A stretch of DNA of 64,000 nt from Verrucomicrobiota bacterium (GTDB taxonomy: Bacteria > Verrucomicrobiota > Verrucomicrobiia > Opitutales > Coraliomargaritaceae). Where the stretch lies: positions 1 to 64,000 of the forward strand of contig JBCBZJ010000005.1 of assembly GCA_039815375.1 (NCBI GenBank). The letters run 5' to 3'. The position numbers and the translations under genes are program-made. The notes under the pieces were generated by a model. It did no database searches. It was not told the origin of the DNA and worked only from the letters and a program-made list of their open reading frames with translations. Shown here piece after piece: positions 46,030-58,121 of this stretch (the stretch's first letter is position 1; each line of letters begins with the position of its first letter).

Positions 46030-47346
46030 TTACTTCAAGGTTTGTAGATAGACGGATAGCTTGTGAATTTCGTCGTCTGTAAGCGGGGCAGGATCACCGT
46101 TTTCATCAATAAGTTCGGCAATGCCGCCGCCATTGGCTTTCCACATTAGGTTGCCCGGCTTAACAACATCAGTCTCCTTAATCCATTTGAAAAAGTTCTG
46201 GTATTGCAGCTCTTCGTCGATTTCGAGCGAGTCTTCGCTGGCCCGGTGATTCAGCCAGCCGGCTGCAATGGAAAGACGCTCGGCGACATTCGTAAGGTCC
46301 GGACCGGCTACGCCCAAGGCCCTTGGGTTGCCTTTAACTGCATGGCAGGTTGCACATTTTGCCCGTCCCATAAATAGCTTCAGTCCCTCGTTCGCATCGC
46401 CGGTCAGTTTGGTTGGGGCGTTGGTATAATCGTCATACCACTCGTCCCAGCTTTGCCCATCAGGTGTGCCGTGGCCGGTTTTCTGGCTGGTGATCCAATC
46501 GGCAAATTCCTGATCACTGACGACCGTTGCACGAAAGAGCATGCGGGCGTGGGAGTCGCCGCAATATTCAGCGCACTGCCCATAGTAGTAATCATGAATG
46601 TCGTTTTCGAGATAGGCCTGATAAGCTGTTTCATTGCCCTGGCCCTCGTTCTTGGCCAGCCAACGCTCGTAGCTGTCGCCAGCCTGAATCCACATCGAGT
46701 TGGTGCGCCCGGGGATGAGGTCGACCTTGCCAGCTATGCGTGGGAGCCAGAATGAGTGGATGACGTCTACAGAACGAAGATCGAGATGGATGGCTTTGCC
46801 GGCCGGGATGACCATCTCGTTTCCGGTTGTGACACCGAGCTGAGGATATTCAAAGGCCCACCACCACTGGTAGCCGATGACTTTAATAACCAGTGGGTTT
46901 TCCTTTTCCTCTTCGGCCAGATCGTCACCCGGATACCAGACACCCATATCACTGGCGGGATCGTTTGGAATCTCCTGGGTAAACCAAATCGCTTCGAGGG
47001 TGGGCACAGCAATGATGACCAGCAGTAGAACTGAGAATCCGATCAGGCCGATTTCGATAAGTGGGTTTCCATGGCCTTGTGAAGGGAGCGGGCGATCGTC
47101 ATTCGGACGTTCGCGGAATTTGATGATCGCGACGACATAGGTTCCGCCGACGAGAATGAAGATTCCGAACGTAACCCAAACCGTAATCATGAAGAGGTTG
47201 AGTTGTTCCTCAGCGACCGGTCCTTTCGCCACGAAAGTGGACATGCGTGTGTTTAATTCACAGCCACAAAGAAAAAACAGCGTGAAAAAAACTGAAATGG
47301 TTACGATGAATCGGGAGAGGCCGCGATTTAGCTGCTTCACAGGCAA
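46030..47346 (-). CDS. ctaC: Cytochrome c oxidase subunit II with fused cytochrome c
   Basis: DVIHSF, CAEYCGDSHARM (CuA), CATCH. Confidence 0.95.
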   Translation of the reverse strand: MPVKQLNRGLSRFIVTISVFFTLFFLCGCELNTRMSTFVAKGPVAEEQLNLFMITVWVTFGIFILVGGTYVVAIIKFRERPNDDRPLPSQGHGNPLIEIGLIGFSVLLLVIIAVPTLEAIWFTQEIPNDPASDMGVWYPGDDLAEEEKENPLVIKVIGYQWWWAFEYPQLGVTTGNEMVIPAGKAIHLDLRSVDVIHSFWLPRIAGKVDLIPGRTNSMWIQAGDSYERWLAKNEGQGNETAYQAYLENDIHDYYYGQCAEYCGDSHARMLFRATVVSDQEFADWITSQKTGHGTPDGQSWDEWYDDYTNAPTKLTGDANEGLKLFMGRAKCATCHAVKGNPRALGVAGPDLTNVAERLSIAAGWLNHRASEDSLEIDEELQYQNFFKWIKETDVVKPGNLMWKANGGGIAELIDENGDPAPLTDDEIHKLSVYLQTLK

Positions 47347-47487
47347 AGTTCGTCAAATTTTAGTAGTAAGCTGGTTATTAGAAAACCAAGAGGAATGAAT
47401 AAAGGCGGGTAATAAGAAGTGACAAGTTTAACTTCGATTCAGGAGATGTATCAGATTTTCTAATCCAACTATATTGAATCTTGTGCG

Positions 47488-47916
47488 TTACCACCAGACG
47501 TAGAGGAAAAAGTAGATGAGGACACCGGTAAGAGAGACGTAATACCAAATTGGAAAGGTCCACTGTGCCCAGGCCTTGTGGCTTTCCCGTTTTCCACGAA
47601 TGGCCAGTGTCAGTGTAGTCAAAACCAGCGGCACGATGAGCATGGCCAGTGCAATATGTGTGGCCAGCATGGTATAATAAAAGCTTCGCCATAAGCCTTC
47701 GCCCTCGAAGGGAGTATGCACCCCCTGAACGAGCCATTTGTGCAGCACATAGAAAAAAAGAAATGCAGCGGAGACGGCAAAGGCCGAGAGCATGCAGGCT
47801 CGGTGCTGAATTTCCCTTCCGGATTTTATAAGGATGAAGCCGGCAGTCAACAAGACCGTGGCGGTGCCGTTTAGAGCCGCGTTCAGTGTTGGCAGTGCTT
47901 CCGTAAACGAAGCCAT
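47488..47916 (-). CDS. DUF420 membrane protein
   Basis: LPTLNA.LN, HRACM, PIWYYVSLTG; cox-cluster context. Confidence 0.85.
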   Translation of the reverse strand: MASFTEALPTLNAALNGTATVLLTAGFILIKSGREIQHRACMLSAFAVSAAFLFFYVLHKWLVQGVHTPFEGEGLWRSFYYTMLATHIALAMLIVPLVLTTLTLAIRGKRESHKAWAQWTFPIWYYVSLTGVLIYFFLYVWW

Positions 47917-47918
47917 CT

Positions 47919-48842
47919 TTAGAGCAGCCAGAGGTCCAGAACCAGAGGGAAGAGAAGGGCGGGCAGATAGAAAATTGAAGCAAAAAAGAGTTTACGGGCT
48001 GCAGCGTCACGTTGCTCGGCCTTGAGGAATGCAATCGAAGGACGCAGGATGTAAACCCCACATGCGGCCGCAACGATACCGTAAAGCCAAGTAGTGTAGC
48101 CTAGTAAAAATGGGAGCAGAGAACCGAGCACGAGAGCCCCGCTGAAGGCAAAGGCCTGAAACGCAACTTTTCTACCTGTTGTATCTGCATTGGACAGCAT
48201 GACAAACCCGCCTTGCGCATAGTCATGCCGATGCGTCCATGCGATTGCGAAGAAATGTGGTAGTTGCCAAAGGAATATGATGGAAAAGAGAATCCAACCG
48301 AGCGCGCTGATGCCGCCTTCGGCAGCAGCCCAGCCAATGAGTGGGGGTAGTGCTCCGGGAACTGCACCAACTACAGTGTTCCAGGTCGTGAAGCGCTTAA
48401 GCGGTGTGTAGAGTAGAACATAGGATGCGATCGTTGAAGCGGTGAGACATCCAGCAAGAAGATTTGCACCTGAGCTCAGCAGAACGCAGCCGATAAAGCT
48501 GAGAATGAGTCCGTAAATGAGGGCGTGTAAGGGATCGACTCTTCCCGCTGGTATTGCACGGTCCTTTGTGCGGATCATTTTCGCATCTGCTTCGCGCTCC
48601 AACCACTGATTGAGCACGGCTGCCCCGCCGGCCGCGAGTGAAGTGCCGATCAGAAGGCTGAAAAGAACGCTAAGGTCTCGGGCAGGATCAGCTGCAAGAT
48701 AACCGACAATTGCGGTAATAACCGATAGGAAACTGAGGCGAGGCTTTGTCAGCTCGTAGAAATCGCGCGCGCGGACGCGGACTGAAATTACAGCTGTTTT
48801 GCCACCCGCATACTGGGATGTGCCTGTCGTGGTTTGATTCAA
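47919..48842 (-). CDS. ctaB: Protoheme IX farnesyltransferase (heme O synthase)
   Basis: ELTKPR, READAKMIRT, YTPLKR, WQLPHF. Confidence 0.94.
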   Translation of the reverse strand: MNQTTTGTSQYAGGKTAVISVRVRARDFYELTKPRLSFLSVITAIVGYLAADPARDLSVLFSLLIGTSLAAGGAAVLNQWLEREADAKMIRTKDRAIPAGRVDPLHALIYGLILSFIGCVLLSSGANLLAGCLTASTIASYVLLYTPLKRFTTWNTVVGAVPGALPPLIGWAAAEGGISALGWILFSIIFLWQLPHFFAIAWTHRHDYAQGGFVMLSNADTTGRKVAFQAFAFSGALVLGSLLPFLLGYTTWLYGIVAAACGVYILRPSIAFLKAEQRDAAARKLFFASIFYLPALLFPLVLDLWLL

Positions 48843-48883
48843 CAGAAATAGTTCGTCTTGGTGAGTAGTCGCTCGTCCGAAAG

Positions 48884-49864
48884 CTAGTTACACGCCTTTT
48901 CAGAGGCTGAACCGTCAGGACGATGAGAGAGCAAAGTTAGCGCCCACGTGGTGGCAAGTAGAAAAGCCCCGATTAAATGATGAGCGGTTGCAGAGTATGG
49001 ATTCTTTGCGGTCCAAATGGTAAGTGCGCCGAGGTATATCTGGAGGCTGAGGATGAAAGTCAGCCCGATAACACCCCATTTGTAGACGGTCTGATCGGAT
49101 TTTTCCTTCCAGAGGCGGTAGAGGTAATAAACCAGAATTAGCAGAACTGCTAAAGCGCCTATTCTATGGGCAAAGTGGATACTGACGTCGAAATTCCAAT
49201 ACGCAGGCAGCAGGCTATTTGCGGATGCAAGCGGGAATTTTGCGATGGCTAGACCCGCATCGGCATGTCGCATGATTGCGCCGATAAGAATCTGGAGGAA
49301 GACAGTAGTTGTCGCAATGGCGCCCCAGCGCCGAACGTTTATTGTGCCCGGCAGTGCATGACTCCGCTCAATCCAGAGTCTGGAGGAAGCGATGGTGATG
49401 GCGACGAGCAGACCGAGAACGATCATTGCTCCGCAGGCATGGATCACAGCAAAAGTCTGAGCGAGCAGGTTGTGCTCTGTCATCAGATTGAGCTGATCAA
49501 AGCGGACGCGGGCTCCGCCAAGCACACCTTGGAGAATAACAACCAGAAGTAGTATGCGGGACAACATACGGATCCATTTTCGTTCTTCGCGCAGCCAAGT
49601 CCAAATAAACAGACCGATTGAAAGGAATCCGATCTTCATTCCAAGCAGGCGATGGCTGTGCTCAGCAAGTTTATCCGTTTCGGAAAGCCAACCTTCCGGG
49701 TTGACCGAGCCGTTGGAAAGCGGCCAATCCAAAAAAGCCATCCCTGCCTTAATACTGGTCGTAAATCCACCTGCATAAAGTAGAAGAGTGATCCAGCAGA
49801 GAGAAAAGATACAGTAGAGCAGGAGCAGTGGCTTATAATCTGAACTGCGTCGGAGAAGTGGCAT
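48884..49864 (-). CDS. ctaA: Heme A synthase (COX15/CtaA)
   Basis: EHSHR, QGVLGG, HFAHR. Confidence 0.9.
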   Translation of the reverse strand: MPLLRRSSDYKPLLLLYCIFSLCWITLLLYAGGFTTSIKAGMAFLDWPLSNGSVNPEGWLSETDKLAEHSHRLLGMKIGFLSIGLFIWTWLREERKWIRMLSRILLLVVILQGVLGGARVRFDQLNLMTEHNLLAQTFAVIHACGAMIVLGLLVAITIASSRLWIERSHALPGTINVRRWGAIATTTVFLQILIGAIMRHADAGLAIAKFPLASANSLLPAYWNFDVSIHFAHRIGALAVLLILVYYLYRLWKEKSDQTVYKWGVIGLTFILSLQIYLGALTIWTAKNPYSATAHHLIGAFLLATTWALTLLSHRPDGSASEKACN

Positions 49865-49926
49865 GGGGGAACTTGTTTAAGGTATTGAAAATTTTTTTAA
49901 GAATGTGATTCTTTTTTGCTTACCCC

Positions 49927-50397
49927 ATGGACAAATCACAATTTTTCAACCGCTTACTTGAAACACTCCGTGAGGAATGCATCCATGCTGTTAAAGCATC
50001 GAAGGACGCGGCGGACTACGCGACGAATGAACAATCGCGAGCTGAGTCCCAGTGGGACACGCAAGGTTTAGAGGCTTCCTATCTGGCTGCCGGTCAAGCC
50101 GGCCAAGCGAGGCAATGGGCTGATGCCGTTGAAGAACTCCAGTCCGAGCGGGAGGATTTGCTCAAGTCGCGGTCCCGCATTTCGCTGGGCGCGCTCTTTT
50201 GTTGCGATTATGGCCGTAGCGTGGATTGGTTCTTTTTTGCCGGGGTAGCGGGCGGCCATATGGTGGCGATGGAGCAGGGTGATGTGACCGTCATTACGGC
50301 GCAATCGACCTTGGCCTCATCATTACTCGGCTTGAAACCGGGTGAGGCATTCACTCTACCAAATGGCAGTTCCGGCAGAGTGTTATCAGTTGAGTAG
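49927..50397 (+). CDS. GreA/GreB-like protein
   Basis: N-terminal coiled coil with DTQGLEASYLAAGQ; VITAQS.LASSLLG. Confidence 0.78.
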   Translation: MDKSQFFNRLLETLREECIHAVKASKDAADYATNEQSRAESQWDTQGLEASYLAAGQAGQARQWADAVEELQSEREDLLKSRSRISLGALFCCDYGRSVDWFFFAGVAGGHMVAMEQGDVTVITAQSTLASSLLGLKPGEAFTLPNGSSGRVLSVE

Positions 50398-51513
50398 CTA
50401 GATTTTGATCTGCTCAACAATTTCCAGATCGTAGCCGTCAAGTCCGACGACCCTTCGCTGTGTACTGGAAAGGAGACGGATTTTCTTCAGGCCGAGCTCG
50501 ACCAGGATTTGTGCGCCGATGCCGTAGTCGCGGAAGTCCATCTTCATGGGTCCGACTTCTTTTATGTCGGCGGCACCTTCGCCTTCTATTACCCGAATGC
50601 CTCCCATCGGCTGTTCGATGTAAAGCAATACGCCGTGCCCCGCTTCTGCGATAAGCTCCATCGCGTTATTGAGAGAATTGTATCCACCAAGAGCGGTAGA
50701 CCTGAAGATGTCACCTAGCAGATTTTCGCTTTGCACGCGCACCAGTGTTGGACTGCCTTCAAGTGCGCCCATACTCAGCGCGATATGCTGGCGATCGTCG
50801 AGAACGCTCCGGAACAGGTGCAGATCAAAGGTGCCGAAGTCGGACGCGAACGGACGTGTCAAAACATGCTCGATCAACTTATCTCGTGTATGGCGATATT
50901 CGATCAGGTCTGCGATGGAAATGAGTTTTAGGTCGTGCTTGGCTTTGAATTCGATCAAGTCCGGGAGGCGCGCCAGCGTGCCGTCTTGGTTAAGAATTTC
51001 GCAGATCACCCCGCTCGGGTTGAGCCCGGCGAGCTGCGCTAAATCGACTGCAGCTTCGGTATGACCAGCCCTTTGGAGAACGCCCCCGGCTTTTGCCCTT
51101 AATGGGAAAACGTGCCCCGGCTGGACCAGCATGTCCGGGTCGGAAGTCGGATCGCCGAGAATGCGTATGGTCTCTGCGCGGTCGTAGGCGCTGATACCAG
51201 TGGTAATGCCTTCCGCTGCATCGACAGAAACTGCAAAGTCCGTCTGGTGTGACTCCCGATTCTCTGAAGCCATTGGGTTGATCCCGAGTTTGCGTAACTG
51301 GTGTCCCAGCATGGGCACACAGATGAGGCCTCGGGCATGGAGTATCATCTGGTTGATCGACTGGGGTGTGGCTTTCGATGCAGCCATGACAAGATCGCCT
51401 TCGTTTTCTCGCGATTCGTCGTCTGTCACGATTACCATCTTACCTTCGGCAATATCGCGAACGGCAGCTTCGACTTCGTCGAATACATCTGGCTCTGTCT
51501 GTTTTTCTGTCAT
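50398..51513 (-). CDS. ribB: 3,4-dihydroxy-2-butanone-4-phosphate synthase fused to a degenerate GTP cyclohydrolase II domain
   Basis: [19 protein letters not shown]-domain [12 protein letters not shown] lacks the Zn-binding Cys residues. Confidence 0.92.
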   Translation of the reverse strand: MTEKQTEPDVFDEVEAAVRDIAEGKMVIVTDDESRENEGDLVMAASKATPQSINQMILHARGLICVPMLGHQLRKLGINPMASENRESHQTDFAVSVDAAEGITTGISAYDRAETIRILGDPTSDPDMLVQPGHVFPLRAKAGGVLQRAGHTEAAVDLAQLAGLNPSGVICEILNQDGTLARLPDLIEFKAKHDLKLISIADLIEYRHTRDKLIEHVLTRPFASDFGTFDLHLFRSVLDDRQHIALSMGALEGSPTLVRVQSENLLGDIFRSTALGGYNSLNNAMELIAEAGHGVLLYIEQPMGGIRVIEGEGAADIKEVGPMKMDFRDYGIGAQILVELGLKKIRLLSSTQRRVVGLDGYDLEIVEQIKI

Positions 51514-51618
51514 GTCTCTAAACCTTTCTATTATCCTCATGGTGATCCCCGGCGCAATCGCGTTTTCATGATTCACATACTTGCATTCGTGCGGATGGTG
51601 GAAATGCTCTCGCTTACC

Positions 51619-52761
51619 ATGTCTGAATTTGACCCTCATGCGAAAGTCTACCGAGCTCAGGGTGGACAACACAGTATCATCGATCTTCTTGGTAGCTTCG
51701 CCGACCCTGACCTCGAAGTTGATGGTATGCCGCGCGTGTCTGATCTCCACATGAAGGTAGGTGAACCGGTGCGTTACAGGTATGATGGTCAGCTTCAGAC
51801 AATCAAAGACGGTGAGCCTCTGACAGATTCGATCATTCGCCAATTGATTTTTCCTTTGATCGGCGAAGAACAACGCCGGAGTTTTACAGAAAACCCCACG
51901 CTCGATATCGATGCCGGCTACTCATGGGAGGCCGAAAAGATCAACTTCCGACTGAACCTCTTCCGTGACCGTGATGGCATGGCCTGTGTGATGCGAATGC
52001 TCCCGAAGCATATCCCCGAGATTGATGAAATCGGGTTTCTTCACGAAAAGGTATGGCAGGATTTGGTTACTCTGAAACAGGGACTTGTTCTCGTCACCGG
52101 TGTGACAGGTAGTGGAAAATCAACCACAATCGCCAGCATTCTGGACTACATCAACAAGAGTCGAAAAGTTCGTATCATTACTCTGGAGGACCCGGTTGAA
52201 TATGTATTTTCCAGTGAACAGGCGCTCATCTCACAGCGTGAGTTGGGAAAACATCTGACAAGCTTTTCCTCCGGGCTGCGGAGCGCGCTCCGTGAGAACC
52301 CCGATATTATCTACGTCGGTGAAATTCGTGACGCGGAGACTGCCCAGCTGGCGCTGACTGCCGCGGAGACTGGCCATCTGGTGCTCTCGACACTCCACAC
52401 TAAGGACGTGAAGGGCAGTTTCAGCCGGATTGTAGACATGTTTTCGGGCGAACGTTCGAAAGAAATATCCGCACAGCTCTCCTTCTCTTTGGCTTATGCG
52501 ATCAGCCAGAAGCTGTTATCCCGGAAATCGGGTCGTGGCCGGGTCCCTGCTTTTGAGGTTTTAAAGAACAATTCTGCTGTGGGAAATATTGTGCGGACCG
52601 GAAAGCTTCATCAAATCTACGGTAAGATTGAGACCAGTCAAAACGAAGGCATGAACACACTCGAACAACAGCTGATCACGATGGTTGAGAATGGGTTGAT
52701 TACCACGAACGAGGCTGTCGTCCATGCGAACGATTCCAATATCGTAAGCCGCTTGGATTAG
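51619..52761 (+). CDS. pilT: PilT/PilU-family retraction ATPase
   Basis: [41 protein letters not shown]. Confidence 0.9.
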   Translation: MSEFDPHAKVYRAQGGQHSIIDLLGSFADPDLEVDGMPRVSDLHMKVGEPVRYRYDGQLQTIKDGEPLTDSIIRQLIFPLIGEEQRRSFTENPTLDIDAGYSWEAEKINFRLNLFRDRDGMACVMRMLPKHIPEIDEIGFLHEKVWQDLVTLKQGLVLVTGVTGSGKSTTIASILDYINKSRKVRIITLEDPVEYVFSSEQALISQRELGKHLTSFSSGLRSALRENPDIIYVGEIRDAETAQLALTAAETGHLVLSTLHTKDVKGSFSRIVDMFSGERSKEISAQLSFSLAYAISQKLLSRKSGRGRVPAFEVLKNNSAVGNIVRTGKLHQIYGKIETSQNEGMNTLEQQLITMVENGLITTNEAVVHANDSNIVSRLD

Positions 52762-52798
52762 ATTTGCAAAATGGTCACTGCGTAAAATCCTTGCGCAC

Positions 52799-54193
52799 AT
52801 GGCTAATGAAAAAAAGCAGGCGACCTGGGGTGGTCGGTTCTCGGAAGGACCGGCAGAGCTCATGCTGCGGATCGGAGAATCGGTTTCGTTCGATCACCGG
52901 CTTGCGCCCTTCGATGTGCAAGGCAGTAAGGCGCAGGCATCGATGCTTGCGCATGTCGGTATCCTTAGTTCTGAGGAATGTGACTCGATTCGTGCTGGCC
53001 TGGATGCAATTCTTTCAAAAATCAAAGCGGGTGATTTCATTTGGGACCCTGGTTTTGAGGATGTCCATATGAACATCGAGCAGGCGCTGACTGCTGAAGT
53101 CCCCGCTGCCGCGAAACTCCACACTGCGCGTAGCCGGAACGATCAAGTCGCGACCGATATGCGACTCTGGTTCAAGTTCGCTGCGGATGAAGTTACTGAC
53201 TGCCTCAATCGGGTGGTTGCGGCACTCGTTGACCTTGCGGATAAGAACCAACAAATCATCATTCCCGGATATACACATTTACAACGGGCCCAGCCCGTTT
53301 CCATGGCGCATCATTTGCTGGCCTATGTTGAAATGTTCGATCGGGATCGTAAGGCGATTGAGACCTTGAAGACTCAGGCCAACGTCTGTCCGCTCGGTTC
53401 AGGCGCGATTGCCGGCACCACGCTTCCGATCGACCGGGAGTTTGTTGCCAAAGAGCTCGGATTCGTTGACGAGGCGGGTGAGCCGCAGATAACCCAGAAC
53501 AGTATGGATGCGGTTAGTGACCGCGATACCTTTATTGCCTTCGCTTCCGCGTGTGCAACGATCGGGGTGCATCTTTCACGGCTCTCGGAAGACTTTATTT
53601 TATGGAGTAGTGCTGAGTTCGGCTTCGTGAAATTACCGGATGCTTTTACGACCGGTTCCAGCTTGATGCCGCAAAAGAAAAATCCGGATGCCTTTGAACT
53701 GATCCGGGGCAAATCTGCTCGGTTAAACGGTAATCTGCAGATGCTTCTTACCATGGTGAAGGGCTTACCCCTGACCTACAATCGTGACCTGCAGGAGGAT
53801 AAACCACCGGTTTTCGATAGCTTTGATCAGGTTACGCTGATGCTCGACTCCGTTGCCGCCTGCCTTCCGGGAGTTGAAGCCGATGCGGCAAAGTGCGCTG
53901 CCGCCGTGGCCGACCCGGCGTTGCTCGCGACCGATGTCGTTGATTATCTCGTTAACAAGAGTGTGCCCTTCCGAGAAGCCCACCACGTGGTCGGTGCACT
54001 CGTTGGACTCTCGGAAAAACTTGAAACACCGCTCAACGAATTACCCTTTGTCGAAGTTTCGAAGATCCACGATGCGCTCGGCGAGGATTGGGTTGAGGTC
54101 TTTGATTTGCAAAAAGCACTCGCTGCTCGGGAAAAGCCCGGCATGCCCGGGCCGGGGCAAGTTGCTGCACGGATTGCGTATTGGCGGAGCTGA
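52799..54193 (+). CDS. argH: Argininosuccinate lyase
   Basis: [36 protein letters not shown]. Confidence 0.97.
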   Translation: MANEKKQATWGGRFSEGPAELMLRIGESVSFDHRLAPFDVQGSKAQASMLAHVGILSSEECDSIRAGLDAILSKIKAGDFIWDPGFEDVHMNIEQALTAEVPAAAKLHTARSRNDQVATDMRLWFKFAADEVTDCLNRVVAALVDLADKNQQIIIPGYTHLQRAQPVSMAHHLLAYVEMFDRDRKAIETLKTQANVCPLGSGAIAGTTLPIDREFVAKELGFVDEAGEPQITQNSMDAVSDRDTFIAFASACATIGVHLSRLSEDFILWSSAEFGFVKLPDAFTTGSSLMPQKKNPDAFELIRGKSARLNGNLQMLLTMVKGLPLTYNRDLQEDKPPVFDSFDQVTLMLDSVAACLPGVEADAAKCAAAVADPALLATDVVDYLVNKSVPFREAHHVVGALVGLSEKLETPLNELPFVEVSKIHDALGEDWVEVFDLQKALAAREKPGMPGPGQVAARIAYWRS

Positions 54194-54919
54194 ATGGTCA
54201 TGCGATTTGTGCTACTTGGTCTTTTCCTGTTCGCTTTTACCGCTTGCGCTAAAGACAAGGATGTCGGCTTTCTCGTCGACTGGCTGCTGGAGGATGAAGA
54301 ACGGCTGGAAGATGTTCGCTTCGCCGATGTCGTTGCAGCGGTTTCGGGTAAAAGTGTTTTTGCCGTAAATCCGGAGAATGGAGTGGATGCACTGCTCCTA
54401 GCGCAGCTGCAAGATGTTCTGGGTGAGATGCTCCTCACGCTCAACGCGGCCGAGCATCCGGTTCAGAAGGTGGGTCGGGTCAACGAAGTGAGCCGGCACG
54501 TTGAGGACTTTTTACTCAAAGAGCTTGATCTGATTGATGGCCAAAGTTGCGGGATTCCTCCAAATGCGTCGGGTGAGTTGCAACGATCTGGCTATCCCGA
54601 TTTGCGCTTCGAGCACGATGCGAGCGGACGCATCTTTTATCTCGACCCAAAAGTCTACAAGGCCGGCAGCGAAACAAGCAGCTTCCGCACCTTCTATTTC
54701 GAGCCGAAGAAGGAAACCAACAAGATACTCGATGATGCCAGCCACCTTATCATAGGCATCGCGCATTCCGGTAAGGTAGATGGCCTTTGGAAATTTGATT
54801 CCTGGAAAGTTGTTGACCTGATTGACTTCCGCGTCCGGCTGAAAGCCGAGTTTCAGTCGAGTAATCGTGAGCTCTACCGCGAGGATGCGGTGCTCCTGAA
54901 AAGTCAGCTGGAAGAGTAA
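54194..54919 (+). CDS. Exported hypothetical protein with a PD-(D/E)XK-like motif
   Basis: Signal/lipoprotein-like N-terminus; SGYPDLRF...FYLDPK. Confidence 0.7.
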   Translation: MVMRFVLLGLFLFAFTACAKDKDVGFLVDWLLEDEERLEDVRFADVVAAVSGKSVFAVNPENGVDALLLAQLQDVLGEMLLTLNAAEHPVQKVGRVNEVSRHVEDFLLKELDLIDGQSCGIPPNASGELQRSGYPDLRFEHDASGRIFYLDPKVYKAGSETSSFRTFYFEPKKETNKILDDASHLIIGIAHSGKVDGLWKFDSWKVVDLIDFRVRLKAEFQSSNRELYREDAVLLKSQLEE

Positions 54920-54966
54920 AATACGCTACAGAGCCAAATTGATATATTTATGTTTTAGCCGTAAAT

Positions 54967-55228
54967 ATGGCTAATCCGAAAACGACTCTAAATTTGCGCG
55001 ATGACATCTTGCGGCGAGCTAAAGCCGGGGCAGCACGATGTGTCTAGCCGCTCGCCCGTTACATCGAAGAAGGTCTGGGGCAGCGGCTGCAGAAAGAGGA
55101 AGCATAGCCAGTTGGCACAAGCGATTGGTTAGAGTCACTGCCGAAGGTTTCGAAAGTAAGCGCGATAGAGCTGGAATCAGTTATTGCAGCTGATGACTCC
55201 CGCGAAAGTAACATAGATCGATGGAATT
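54967..55228 (+). pseudogene. Decayed RHH/VapB-like antitoxin
   Basis: MANPKTTLNLRDDILRRAKAGAA..*PLARYIEEGL with two in-frame TAGs; no toxin partner. Confidence 0.6.
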
Positions 55229-55751
55229 ACGAATGCTCCCGTCCCCAGAGCCAGAGTAGGTCGGCGAGGCGGTTGAGGTAGGCAATCAGCTCGGAGCGGA
55301 CGGTGGCTCCGGACTCCTGCAGGGTGACGAGGCCACGTTCACATCGGCGGCAGGTGGTGCGGGCGAGGTCGAAGAAGGCATCGGCGGGTGCGTTGCCCAG
55401 ATAGCTCCAGCCTTTGAAGCCGCCTTCACGAGCCTCGAGTTCGTGAACCAAGTTAGTGAGTGCCTCGACCTTTTTGCTGTCGATTAGCTTGCCATTATAC
55501 TTCTCTGCAAGCTTGGCCTGATCAGCCTCTTCAGTCGAGAGTTCGGACATCATGTAGACCAGCTCTTTCTGAATTTTCAGGATGTTTTTTTGGATGACAT
55601 GATGCGCTGCATGAGCGCGGCAAAGGCCCAATGTCGAGTTAAGCTCGTCGACACGTCCGTAAGTCATAACACGTGGGTGATTCTTGGGCACGCGTTTACC
55701 GAATAGTAGGGCAGTCGTGCCGTCGTCGCCTCGTTTGGTGGAAATGGACAT
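55227..55751 (-). CDS. Cob(I)alamin adenosyltransferase (PduO/MMAB type)
   Basis: TKRGDDGTT, YGRVDELNS, RTTCRRCER, YLNRLAD. Confidence 0.93.
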   Translation of the reverse strand: MSISTKRGDDGTTALLFGKRVPKNHPRVMTYGRVDELNSTLGLCRAHAAHHVIQKNILKIQKELVYMMSELSTEEADQAKLAEKYNGKLIDSKKVEALTNLVHELEAREGGFKGWSYLGNAPADAFFDLARTTCRRCERGLVTLQESGATVRSELIAYLNRLADLLWLWGREHS

Positions 55752-55905
55752 TTTAAGAAGTCAGAAGCTAGGAGTTAGAAGTTAGGCCAATCAAATAGTT
55801 CGAGCACCTCAATAACCAGCCTGATTCTCGAAATCGAAATCAGCGAAGTGGAAATCGGATTCGTCATCGATTTCGGTTTGGATTTTGTATGTTTGTGAGA
55901 CGCAG

Positions 55906-58074
55906 TTAGTGATCTTCTAGTAAGAGTTGAAGCATCTTCCTGGCAGAGTCAGGGATCACTGTGCCTGGACCGAAGATAGCTTTTGCACCGTACTCGTAGA
56001 GATAATCGTAGTCTTGTTGAGGAATGACACCACCGCAGACGACCATGATATCCTTGCGGCCGAGCTTCTCCAATTCCTCAACAAGTTGTGGGAGCAGGGT
56101 CTTATGACCTGCGGCGAGGGAGGACATCGCAACGACATGGCAGTCATTTTCCACGGCCTGACGGGCGGTCTCTTCAGGAGTTTGGAAGAGCGGGCCGATA
56201 TCGACGTCGTAACCGAGGTCCGCGTATCCGGTGGCAACCACCTTCGCGCCGCGGTCGTGTCCGTCCTGCCCCATTTTTGCGATCATGATACGAGGGCGGC
56301 GGCCCTCTTCTTCTTCAAATCTGGCGATGAGTTCCTTAATGTCGTTCATAGCGTCACTGCTCCCGAATTCCTTGGCGTAGACGCCGGAAATGGAGCGTAT
56401 GTTGGCCTTGTAACGACCGACCACCTTTTCGACGGCGTTAGAGATTTCACCGAGGGTCGCGCGTTTTGATGCTGCGTCAACCGCAAGCGCAAGCAGGTTG
56501 CCTCTGCCGGTCTTGGTCGCTTCGGTGATGGCTTTGAGCGCCGTCTTTACGGCTGTATTGTCGCGACCGGTCTTGAGCTCTTTGAGGCGTGCGACCTGAG
56601 ACTCGCGGACAGCGGTGTTGTCAATGTCGAGAATTTCAAGCGGGTCCTCCTTTTCGAGGCGGTATTTATTGAGGCCGACGATGGTTTCTTTGCCGGAGTC
56701 GATCCTTGCCTGACGACGTGCGGCGGCTTCCTCGATGCGAAGCTTTGGAATGCCTTCCTCAATCGCTTTGGTCATGCCGCCATAGCCTTCACACTCCTCG
56801 ATGTGTCCCCAGGCCTTGTGCATGAGCTCGTGGGTAAGGGCTTCAACATAGTAGCTGCCTCCCCATGGATCGATGAAGCGGCACATGCCGGTCTCTTCCT
56901 GAATAAAGAGTTGTGTGTTCCGTGCGATACGTGCTGAGAAGTCAGTCGGTAGGGCGATCGCTTCGTCAAGCGCGTTGGTGTGGAGCGACTGGGTATGTCC
57001 GCAGGCAGAGGCCATCGCTTCAATTGCTGTGCGAGTGACGTTGTTGAAGGGATCCTGCTCGGTGAGGGACCATCCGGATGTCTGCGAATGAGTTCGGAGT
57101 GCGAGCGACTTCGGATTCTTCGGATCGAATTGCTTTACAATCTTTGCCCAGAGCAGACGTGCGGCGCGCATCTTGGCGATTTCCATGAAGAAGTTCTTAC
57201 CGATCGCCCAGAAGAAGGAGAGACGTGGGGCGAAGGCGTCGATGTTAAGGCCGGCGTTCACCCCGGTGCGGAGGTATTCGAGGCCGTCTGCAAGCGTGTA
57301 ACCGATTTCAAGGTCGGCGGTCGCGCCAGCTTCCTGCATGTGGTAGCCGGAGATCGAGATCGAGTTGAATTTCGGCATCTGCCGGGACGTATACTCGAAG
57401 ATGTCGCCTATGATCTTCATCGATGGTGTGGGCGGATAGATGTAGGTGTTCCGCACCATGAACTCCTTGAGGATATCGTTTTGAATGGTTCCCGCCAGTT
57501 GGTCGAGGGTGCATCCCTGTTCGAGACCTGCCTGAATATAGAAGGCGAGGACTGGGAGAACCGCGCCATTCATAGTCATGGAAACGGAGACTTTGGACAG
57601 GTCGATTTGGTCAAAGAGCACCTTCATGTCTTCGATCGAATCGATCGCGACGCCCGCCTTGCCGACATCACCGACAACACGGGGGTGGTCGGAATCGTAT
57701 CCTCGGTGGGTCGCCAGATCAAAAGCTACCGAGAGGCCCTGCTGGCCCGCTGCAATATTACGACGATAGAATGCGTTCGATTCCTCAGCTGTGGAGAAGC
57801 CTGCATACTGGCGAACCGTCCATGGACGGAAGGCATACATGGTTGCATAAGGCCCGCGTAGGTTTGGAGCGATTCCTGCCGTGTAGTCGAGGTGCTCCAT
57901 GCGTTCATAGGCGTCCTTGCCGTAGAGCGGGTCGACCTTGATCTGCTCCATTGTCTCATTGACAAAATCGTCAGGGTTTTTGCCGGTTTCAGCTTTAACC
58001 TGCTCGGCCCATTCTTTCCGTGTTGCTGAAGGTTTTGGTGCTTCGTAGCCGATAGTGGAAAAGTTCGGTTTCAT
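55906..58074 (-). CDS. mutB: Methylmalonyl-CoA mutase, catalytic subunit
   Basis: RQYAGF, RIARNTQ, DGHDRG B12-binding motif. Confidence 0.97.
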   Translation of the reverse strand: MKPNFSTIGYEAPKPSATRKEWAEQVKAETGKNPDDFVNETMEQIKVDPLYGKDAYERMEHLDYTAGIAPNLRGPYATMYAFRPWTVRQYAGFSTAEESNAFYRRNIAAGQQGLSVAFDLATHRGYDSDHPRVVGDVGKAGVAIDSIEDMKVLFDQIDLSKVSVSMTMNGAVLPVLAFYIQAGLEQGCTLDQLAGTIQNDILKEFMVRNTYIYPPTPSMKIIGDIFEYTSRQMPKFNSISISGYHMQEAGATADLEIGYTLADGLEYLRTGVNAGLNIDAFAPRLSFFWAIGKNFFMEIAKMRAARLLWAKIVKQFDPKNPKSLALRTHSQTSGWSLTEQDPFNNVTRTAIEAMASACGHTQSLHTNALDEAIALPTDFSARIARNTQLFIQEETGMCRFIDPWGGSYYVEALTHELMHKAWGHIEECEGYGGMTKAIEEGIPKLRIEEAAARRQARIDSGKETIVGLNKYRLEKEDPLEILDIDNTAVRESQVARLKELKTGRDNTAVKTALKAITEATKTGRGNLLALAVDAASKRATLGEISNAVEKVVGRYKANIRSISGVYAKEFGSSDAMNDIKELIARFEEEEGRRPRIMIAKMGQDGHDRGAKVVATGYADLGYDVDIGPLFQTPEETARQAVENDCHVVAMSSLAAGHKTLLPQLVEELEKLGRKDIMVVCGGVIPQQDYDYLYEYGAKAIFGPGTVIPDSARKMLQLLLEDH

Positions 58075-58121
58075 TTTCTACCTATTTCTGTATTTGAATT
58101 CTGAATACTTCCTTCGGTTTT

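Noticed and set aside
50398..52761. Apparent 570-bp overlap of ribB and pilT in the ORF track
   Set aside because: Over-extended starts; plausible starts at 51513 and 51619 remove the overlap.
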